Below are positions 57,765-64,000 of a stretch of DNA of 64,000 bases, piece after piece. How positions within the stretch are numbered: position 1 is the stretch's first letter; the number at the start of each line of letters is the position of its first letter. The notes beneath the pieces were generated by a model. The model was not told the DNA's origin, did not search any database, and worked only from the letters and a program-made list of their open reading frames with translations. The stretch covers positions 3,360,552 through 3,424,551 of the forward strand of contig NZ_OZ245750.1 of NCBI RefSeq assembly GCF_965227385.1. Direction: 5' to 3'. A program made the translations under genes and the position numbers. This DNA is from Sphingomonas sp. GTDB lineage: Bacteria; Pseudomonadota; Alphaproteobacteria; Sphingomonadales; Sphingomonadaceae.

Positions 57765-58588
57765 TCGCGCGGCGCACGGTCCTCGGCGCGGGCGGCCTTG
57801 TCGTCGCCCAATCGCTGGTCGGACGGGTTCGCGCATCGGCCCCCGGGCAACTCCTGTTCGACGGGCGCAGCCTTGCCGGCTGGCGCTATCACGAAGGCGG
57901 ACGCCCGCGTGAAGTACCTCGGCATATCGTGACGCGCGCGGGCGAACTGCATGTCCTCGCCGATCCGCTGCCCGACGGCGCCGAAGTGCCCTTCGGCTAT
58001 CTGGCGACCGACCGCAGCTTCGCCGATTTTCACCTGCGGCTCGACTATCGCTGGGGTCCCGCGCGCTATGCACCAAGAGCGCTCGCAAAGCGCAACAGCG
58101 GCGTGATGTACCATTTGTCGCCCAGTCCCGACCCGGGCGTCGAGCACGCGATCGAGTTTCAGATCCAGGAAAGCAATGTCGGGGACATCATCGCAATCAA
58201 CGCCCGCGCTCTGGAGGCACCGCAACCCGGCGGAACGCCTGCCTGGCCGGAATGGCCCAGCTGGGTCCCCCGCACCTATGCCGAGCCATCCATCGCCGGG
58301 GGCATCTCACGCCAATGGTTTCGTGGCGCCGGTGATTTCGAACTGCGGGATCGGTGGAACCGGCTCGACGTCATCGCTTATCGCGACCAGGCCGCACATC
58401 TCGTCAACGGTCGTATCGTCGCGGCGGTCTACGGGCTGCGTGCAACAAGCGCGACCGGCATGGCCACAGCCGATCCGCTGATGTCCGGGCGGATCGCCCT
58501 GCAGATCGAAGCCGCGCAGATCGCATTCCGCAATATCCGCATCCGCCCGATCAGTCACCCGATGGACCTGAGTTCGGCCCGCGACTGA
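57761..58588 (+). CDS. DUF1080 (3-keto-disaccharide hydrolase family) protein with Tat-like signal
   Basis: GTG start, IARRTVLG signal, LFDGRSLAGW, FADFHLRLDYRW, NSGV, EFQIQE, WNRLDV, GRIALQ..FRNIRI. Confidence 0.88.
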   Translation: MIARRTVLGAGGLVVAQSLVGRVRASAPGQLLFDGRSLAGWRYHEGGRPREVPRHIVTRAGELHVLADPLPDGAEVPFGYLATDRSFADFHLRLDYRWGPARYAPRALAKRNSGVMYHLSPSPDPGVEHAIEFQIQESNVGDIIAINARALEAPQPGGTPAWPEWPSWVPRTYAEPSIAGGISRQWFRGAGDFELRDRWNRLDVIAYRDQAAHLVNGRIVAAVYGLRATSATGMATADPLMSGRIALQIEAAQIAFRNIRIRPISHPMDLSSARD

Positions 58589-58699
58589 CGTCGGTTTGCC
58601 CAGGGTCGCGCCCGCACTTTGCCCGCTGCGCAGTCCCGACCGAGGCCGATTGACGATATTTGGACGTTCGTACAGCACCTGAGTTCAATGGAGGGCAAG

Positions 58700-59839
58700 G
58701 TGGCAGATACGCACGCGGGCGGGCGCCCACGGACACTGGACGAGGCAAAGGAGTGGATGCGCCAAAAGGCGGTCGCTCGCCAGCATCCGATGAACAACCT
58801 GAGTGTAGAGGACACCGAAAGCGTCCTCGCAACGCTTCCCGGACTCGACGGCGCATCCTGGGCGCCGGCTTGGACGACGGCGGGCGAAGCTGCGTTCGAA
58901 CAGGCCATGCAATCGCAGCGGGAGGGGGACCGGACCACGGCACGGGAACACTTCCTGCGCGCTCATGGCTTCTTCTTCATGGGGCGTTTCCCATGCCCCA
59001 ACCACCCGTTCAAGCTCGAATCCGCCCAGCGCGAACGCGATGCCTATCTCGCCGCAGGGGCGCTGTTCGATCGTCCCGTGGAGCGCGTCACCGTGCCCTT
59101 CCAAGGACGCGAGGGCGAGGGCGATGCGGTGGTCTTCCTGTTCCGCCGCCCTGCCACGACCGGACCTGTCCCAGTGGTGGTGATGTGGGGCGGCGTCGAC
59201 GCCTGGAAGGAACAGATGACCGCCGCGAGCGACCTGTTGCTCGCCCGCGGCGTGGCCACGATCGCCATGGACGGACCCGGGACTGGCGAGTCACCGGTCA
59301 AGGGTGTCCCGGATGCCGACCGCCAGTTCCTGCCGGTGTTCGACTGGGTCGAGCGCCGGGATGATCTGATCGGTCGTCCGGCATGTCTGGGGCGCTCGTT
59401 CGGCGGCTATTGGGCAACGCGCCTCGCCCACGTCCATGCCAGCCGCATCAGTGCAGCAGTCAACTGGGGTGGCGGCGCCCATTACATGTTTCAGGCCGAC
59501 TGGATCGCGGCATCCCGCTATCCCGACAGCTATCTCATGGAACTGGTAGAGACGCGGATGCGAATGCTCGGCGCCAGTACCGATGCCGAGTATCTCGGCT
59601 TCTTCGAACGCCTGTCGCTACTCGATCAAGGTCTGCTCGACCAGCCTTGCGCACCGATGCTGCTGGTCAACGGGCGGGAGGACAAGCAATGCCCGGTCGC
59701 GGACATCGACCTGCTCGTTTCGCACGGATCGCCCAAATCAGTGCGCATGTTCCCGGGCGGCCATATGGGCATTACCCCTGAGACGCTGCCGCTGATCGTC
59801 GAATGGCTCGCCGCGCGCGCGCATGAGGGTGCACGGTGA
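58700..59839 (+). CDS. Alpha/beta hydrolase, FrsA / 2,6-dihydroxypseudooxynicotine-hydrolase-like
   Basis: GGVDAWKE, DGPGTGES, GRSFGG nucleophile, NGREDKQ Asp, GGH His. Start GTG 58700 or ATG 58688. Confidence 0.85.
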   Translation: MADTHAGGRPRTLDEAKEWMRQKAVARQHPMNNLSVEDTESVLATLPGLDGASWAPAWTTAGEAAFEQAMQSQREGDRTTAREHFLRAHGFFFMGRFPCPNHPFKLESAQRERDAYLAAGALFDRPVERVTVPFQGREGEGDAVVFLFRRPATTGPVPVVVMWGGVDAWKEQMTAASDLLLARGVATIAMDGPGTGESPVKGVPDADRQFLPVFDWVERRDDLIGRPACLGRSFGGYWATRLAHVHASRISAAVNWGGGAHYMFQADWIAASRYPDSYLMELVETRMRMLGASTDAEYLGFFERLSLLDQGLLDQPCAPMLLVNGREDKQCPVADIDLLVSHGSPKSVRMFPGGHMGITPETLPLIVEWLAARAHEGAR

Positions 59840-60144
59840 CCGCGTCGAACTGGGTCGGGACGCTGCCTTCCCAAGAGGCCTATGCGATCAACCGCATCCT
59901 GTACGATGTGCAACACGATCGCGCCGAGGAGGCACGCTACTTCGCCGATCCAAAGGCCTATCTGGCGGACCTGCCCGGGCTTTCGGATCGCGCGGTTGCG
60001 GCGTTGAGCACGACCGATGTGGGGCAGCTCTATCTGCTCGGCGCCAACCCCTATCTGCTGCGTGCCTATTGCCTGCAACTTCGCATGCCCGATCCCGAAT
60101 ATCTCGCCGCGCTGCGCGCCGTGGGAGGAACGAACCATGGCTGA
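59836..60144 (+). CDS. LigA-like small subunit of an extradiol ring-cleavage dioxygenase
   Basis: YAINRILY, YFADPKAYL, LYLLGANPYLL; coupled to the LigB-like gene. Confidence 0.75.
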   Translation: MTASNWVGTLPSQEAYAINRILYDVQHDRAEEARYFADPKAYLADLPGLSDRAVAALSTTDVGQLYLLGANPYLLRAYCLQLRMPDPEYLAALRAVGGTNHG

Positions 60145-60961
60145 TATCGTCGGCATCTTCGCGGTCAGCCACACCCCGGTAATGACCAATCTGCCCGACG
60201 CGCCGGCGCCAGCCGAGCGCGACGAGATCTTTGCCCATTTCCGCCAGATCGGCCGGACCATCGCCGACCAGCGACCCGATGCGATCATCGTGATCTCCGA
60301 CGATCACCTGCACAATTTCTTCCTCGATAACATGCCGGCCTTCTGCATCGGCGCGGGGGAGAGCCACGACAGCCCTATGGAGGCATGGCTGAGGGTCGAG
60401 CGTCGCCAATTGCGCGGCCACCGCGACCTTGCCGCGCATCTCATCGATCGCAGCTTCGCGAGCGGGTTCGACCCGTCCTTCTCACTCTCGCTGACACTCG
60501 ATCATGGCATGATCACACCGCTCGAGCTTGCCGGTATCGCCACGCTCGCCCCGATTGTTCCGGTCATCGTCAATACGGTGCAACCGCCGATGCCGCGCAT
60601 GCCGCGCTGCATCGCGTTCGGCCGGGCGCTCGGCGCGGCTCTTCGCGACTATCAGGAGTGCCAGCGGATCGTCGTGCTGGCGACGGGCGGGCTCAGCCAC
60701 GATGTCGGCACGCCGCGCATGGGCATGGTGAACGAGGCGTTCGACCGTGGCTTCCTCGATCGCCTCGAAGCCGGCGACGAGTCCGCGCTCGTCGCGTTTG
60801 CGGAAGCGGAAGTCGGGCGGGCCGGAAACGGCGCGGAGGAAGTGCGGAACTGGCTTGTCGCCCACGGCATCGCCGACGGCGCGCGCTTCCAGCCAATTCA
60901 CTATCGCGCCGTGCCGAGCTGGTACACCGGGATCGCCCTTGGCCGCTGGGTGCAGGCGTGA
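60137..60961 (+). CDS. LigB/MhpB-type (class III) extradiol dioxygenase catalytic subunit
   Basis: SHTP, DDHLHNFF, LDHG, TGGLSH, EEVRNW: expected Fe ligands and catalytic His are present. Confidence 0.9.
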   Translation: MADIVGIFAVSHTPVMTNLPDAPAPAERDEIFAHFRQIGRTIADQRPDAIIVISDDHLHNFFLDNMPAFCIGAGESHDSPMEAWLRVERRQLRGHRDLAAHLIDRSFASGFDPSFSLSLTLDHGMITPLELAGIATLAPIVPVIVNTVQPPMPRMPRCIAFGRALGAALRDYQECQRIVVLATGGLSHDVGTPRMGMVNEAFDRGFLDRLEAGDESALVAFAEAEVGRAGNGAEEVRNWLVAHGIADGARFQPIHYRAVPSWYTGIALGRWVQA

Positions 60962-61734
60962 CGGCGCTGAACCATCGCACCTGGGGCAACGACGCCGCGC
61001 CCCCGGTGGTCCTACTGCACGCGATCGGGACTTCGGGCGCGATGTGGACCCCGCAGCTGCTCAGCTGGGGCAGTCGCTTTCGGATCGTTGCGCTGGATCT
61101 GCCCGGCCATGGCAGCAGCCCCCCGATCCCGGACGGTGCCACGTTCGGCGACTATGCGGCATTGGTCGCCGCCACACTGGAACAGCTTGGAATTCGATCA
61201 GCGGCGGTCGTCGGCCTGTCGTTCGGGTCAATGATTGCGATGCGCCTCGCTCATGATCGCCCGGATCTGGTTTCGAGCCTGGTGCTGGCGAACGGCGTCG
61301 CGATCGCGCCATCGCCAGTACGGCGCGCATGGGCTGAGCGCATCGCCGCCGTCCAGACCGGCGGCATATCGGCCATTGTCGCGGGCACGCTCGATCGGTG
61401 GTTCACGCCAGCCTTTGCCGCCGTCGCACCGATGACGATTGAGGCGGTCGGCAACCTTGTGCGCGCGACCCGGCCGGACGGCTTCTGCGCCGCCGCGCAG
61501 GCGATCGCCACCCTCGATCAAACGGCGTTGCTCGGAGCAATCGCCTGCCCAACGCTTGTCGTCGCGGGCAGCAAGGATGCGGCCGCGCCGCCCGAACAGG
61601 TCGCGGACATCGCCCGGGCCATCCCGGGCGCCCGACTGATCGAACTGGATGCGCCGCATATGTCCAATATCGAATGCGCAGATGCGTTCAGCGAAGGGGT
61701 TGGCGCATTCCTGAGCGAGGTGACGGGACAATGA
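60958..61734 (+). CDS. PcaD-like alpha/beta hydrolase (3-oxoadipate enol-lactonase family)
   Basis: HAIGT, DLPGHG, GLSFG, DRWFT, GSKDAAAPP, APHMSNIE. Confidence 0.85.
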   Translation: MTALNHRTWGNDAAPPVVLLHAIGTSGAMWTPQLLSWGSRFRIVALDLPGHGSSPPIPDGATFGDYAALVAATLEQLGIRSAAVVGLSFGSMIAMRLAHDRPDLVSSLVLANGVAIAPSPVRRAWAERIAAVQTGGISAIVAGTLDRWFTPAFAAVAPMTIEAVGNLVRATRPDGFCAAAQAIATLDQTALLGAIACPTLVVAGSKDAAAPPEQVADIARAIPGARLIELDAPHMSNIECADAFSEGVGAFLSEVTGQ

Positions 61735-62864
61735 GCGTCACCGACTTGCGGATCCTGATCGTGGGCGGTGGCATCGCCGGGATGAGCAGCGCCATTCGCC
61801 TGCGCGCAATCGGTGCTTCCGTCGATCTGATCGACCTTGACCCGCTCTGGCGCGTTTACGGCGCAGGTATCACGGTCACGAGTCCGACGTTGCGCGCGTT
61901 CGACCAGTTGGGGATTTTGCGCGATTTTCTGGAGGTGGGCTATGCTGGCGACGGCATCCGCATCTGCGCGCCCGACGGCAGCTGGGTCGAGGATCTGACC
62001 GACCCGTTCGATTCGCGGACCGGCATTCCCGGCAGTGGCGGGATCATGCGGCCCGAATTGCACCGCATTCTTTCGGAACGGGTGCGGGCCAGCGGTACAA
62101 CCATACGACTAGGGCTGACGGTCGAACATCTTGATCAGACCGCGGGCGACGGCGTCACCGTCCGCTTCAGCGATGGATCCACGAGCTGGTATGACCTCGT
62201 TATCGGCGCTGATGGCCTGTATTCAACGGTGCGCAAGCTGACGTTCACGCATGCGCCAAGCCCCGCCTATACCGGTCAGATGGTCTGGAGACTCTTTGCT
62301 CCGCGACCAGCCGGGGTCGACCGCCGTCATTATTATCTTGGCGGGCCCATGAAGGTGGGCGTCTGTCCCGTGTCCGACACGCACCTCTATCTGTTCCTGC
62401 TCGAAAAGACCCCGCAGCATCCGATCATACCCGAAGAGGAATTGCAGGGCAGGCTGGCCGCGCTGATGGCGGGCTATGGCGGGGTGATCGGCGACCTGCG
62501 CGATGGATTGAACCGCGACTCGCAGATCGTCGTGCGACCGCTAGAAGCATTCGAAATGCCGCCGCCCTGGCATTCCGGCCGCGTCGTGATTATCGGTGAC
62601 GCAGTGCATCCGACGACCCCGCAACTCGCCTCGGGCGCGGGCATGGCGGTGGAGGATGCGCTGGTACTGTCGGAGGAGCTTGTAAACGCGAATGGCGACA
62701 TCGACGCGATGCTGCCGCGCTTCGTCGCGCGACGGTGGGCGCGGTGCCGCATAGTCGTTGCCAATTCGCTCGAGATCGGACGACGGGAACAGGCAGGGCG
62801 CCCCCCATCCGAACAAACCGACCTGGTGACCCAGTCGCTCGAGAAGCTGGCAGAACCGATCTGA
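61731..62864 (+). CDS. Group A FAD-dependent aromatic monooxygenase
   Basis: VGGGIAG, GADGLYS (DG), IIGDAVH (GD), GAGMAVEDA. Confidence 0.92.
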   Translation: MSVTDLRILIVGGGIAGMSSAIRLRAIGASVDLIDLDPLWRVYGAGITVTSPTLRAFDQLGILRDFLEVGYAGDGIRICAPDGSWVEDLTDPFDSRTGIPGSGGIMRPELHRILSERVRASGTTIRLGLTVEHLDQTAGDGVTVRFSDGSTSWYDLVIGADGLYSTVRKLTFTHAPSPAYTGQMVWRLFAPRPAGVDRRHYYLGGPMKVGVCPVSDTHLYLFLLEKTPQHPIIPEEELQGRLAALMAGYGGVIGDLRDGLNRDSQIVVRPLEAFEMPPPWHSGRVVIIGDAVHPTTPQLASGAGMAVEDALVLSEELVNANGDIDAMLPRFVARRWARCRIVVANSLEIGRREQAGRPPSEQTDLVTQSLEKLAEPI

Positions 62865-63382
62865 TGCTGCACCCCCTTCCCGACTCTGAGTGGCCCGCAG
62901 AAATTGCCGACATGCGTGAGGGCTTTGCCGGGAAGCTGAACGTCTATCGCGTGATGGCGCACCATCCGGCGCTGCTGCGGGCCTGGAGCGATTTCCGCAA
63001 TCATGTCGTGACGCAGTCAGCACTGACGCCGATCCAGTCGGAACTCGTCATCCTCCGCACAGGCTATCGCCATCGTTCCCGTTACGAATGGGCGCATCAC
63101 GTGGCACGCGGGTTGGCAGTCGGACTGTCAGACCAGCGGATCAACGCCACCGCGCGCGGTGCGGAAGGGAACGAGGACGGCCTACTCATCGCCGCAGTCG
63201 ATGCGTTGCTCGATCACGGAAAGCTTTCACCGGCCCTGCTTGACCGGATCACCCGTAAACTCGGTACGCCGGCTGTGCTGGATATTATTTCCACCGTCGG
63301 CATGTACACGACTCTCGCCTTCCTGATCGAGACGTTTCAGGTGCCGATCGATCGCGGCATCGATCCCGTTCCGCTGCCCTAA
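62864..63382 (+). CDS. Carboxymuconolactone decarboxylase / AhpD-like family protein
   Basis: NVYRVMAHHP, ELVILRT, YEWAHH; TGATG coupling. Confidence 0.85.
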   Translation: MLHPLPDSEWPAEIADMREGFAGKLNVYRVMAHHPALLRAWSDFRNHVVTQSALTPIQSELVILRTGYRHRSRYEWAHHVARGLAVGLSDQRINATARGAEGNEDGLLIAAVDALLDHGKLSPALLDRITRKLGTPAVLDIISTVGMYTTLAFLIETFQVPIDRGIDPVPLP

Positions 63383-63524
63383 AGCTGGCTTTTCCCGCAG
63401 CGCGCCAGCAGTTGCCGGATTGCGCATCCCACACCGGGAGGTTGATCGAATCTCTCTAGCCGCAACCGTTGCACTGACGTAAGTTTGGACGATCGTGCAA
63501 AAATGGCACGGCTGGAGAGGTTTC

Positions 63525-64000
63525 ATGATCGAGCAAGCGGTCCCGGATACCGGCATCACCGAGCCGGCAGCATTTACGCAGAAATTGTCGAGCCTGTTTC
63601 ATGTCGGCTTCATCGTCGAGCCGACCGGTCCGGACGCATTTCAGGCCGTGATCAAGCCGGTCGAAATTGGCCGGCTGAACATCGCACAATTGAGCTTCTC
63701 TCCGCACAAGACGCGCCGATCGATCACCCCTGTGGCGCACGCGCGCGAGTATTTCCTGCTCAACCACCTGATTGAAGGAAGCGCCTGGATTAGCCAGGAC
63801 GGGCGCGAGGCAGAGGTCGCGGCGGGGGATCTCTACCTCATCAACACGATGCGGGACTTCAACATTGAAACCGGGTCGATGCGCGCGAATTCCGTTTACA
63901 TCGACGCTGCCTATTTCCGCTCCGTCTATCCCGAGATCGACTGCTGTCTGGGTGTTCGCCTGGACGGCAATAGCAGCACGACGCGAATCGTAGTGGATCT
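63525..64000 (+). CDS. AraC-family regulator (FeaR/NitR-type ligand-binding N-domain), runs off the window edge
   Basis: Hand translation from ATG 63525 (GGAGAGG RBS): MIEQAVP...IGRLNIAQLSFSPH...QDGREAEVAAGDLYLIN...; open to base 64000, so absent from the ORF track. Confidence 0.75.
   Translation, partial: MIEQAVPDTGITEPAAFTQKLSSLFHVGFIVEPTGPDAFQAVIKPVEIGRLNIAQLSFSPHKTRRSITPVAHAREYFLLNHLIEGSAWISQDGREAEVAAGDLYLINTMRDFNIETGSMRANSVYIDAAYFRSVYPEIDCCLGVRLDGNSSTTRIVVD

Larger units (their letters stand above)
47389..64000. mobile_element. Degenerate genomic island inserted at tRNA-Glu (right end beyond the window)
   Basis: Integrase remnant 85 bp after the tRNA CCA, arm-site-like direct repeats GGGTGCACC/GAGTACACC (47440-47461), mobilisation-like genes, IS fragment, accessory catabolic genes, more A/T-ending codons. 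No attR seen. Confidence 0.75.

Noticed and set aside
63504-63520. TGGCACG upstream of the AraC gene as a sigma54 promoter; likewise TGGCA motifs near 4331 and 8830
   Set aside because: No GC at the required GG-N10-GC spacing.

Overview
High-GC alphaproteobacterial chromosome segment; gene content and order fit a Sphingomonas-like organism. Bases 1-47.4 kb are mostly core genome: the end of an exosortase-A/PEP-CTERM EPS locus (chain-length and export proteins, PLP decarboxylase, adenylating ligase, ACP, two hydrolases), trxB, a cyclophilin, two S9 peptidases, rpsM-rpsK-rpoA-rplQ, ybaL, an ffh-rpsP-rimM...trmD-rplS operon split by a ~4.7 kb insertion, a GGDEF-EAL protein, mtaB-ftsY-yciB, sodB, a pspF/pspABC locus extended by six small membrane proteins, sufE, a PepSY-TM protein and an ECF sigma/anti-sigma/fasciclin module. 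Several REP-like palindromes and several small ORFs missing from the ORF track lie in this part. At tRNA-Glu(CTC) (47313-47388) a decayed genomic island begins. It carries a dead integrase fused in frame to a mobilisation-ATPase-like tail, an IS481 fragment, an orphan ferredoxin reductase with adhC/LysR, and an apparently intact catabolic cluster (TonB receptor, GPH symporter, DUF1080, FrsA/DHPONH-like hydrolase, LigA/LigB-type dioxygenase, PcaD-like hydrolase, FAD monooxygenase, CMD-family protein, AraC-type regulator). That cluster looks like an uncharacterised aryl-glycoside/phenolic degradation pathway. Other leads are a RAPP-ending putative arrest peptide upstream of ybaL, the PspB-like paralog array, and a distal sigma54 promoter driving a 38-aa ORF that shares an upstream motif with the psp promoter. 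All family assignments come from motifs recognised by eye; no database search was run.
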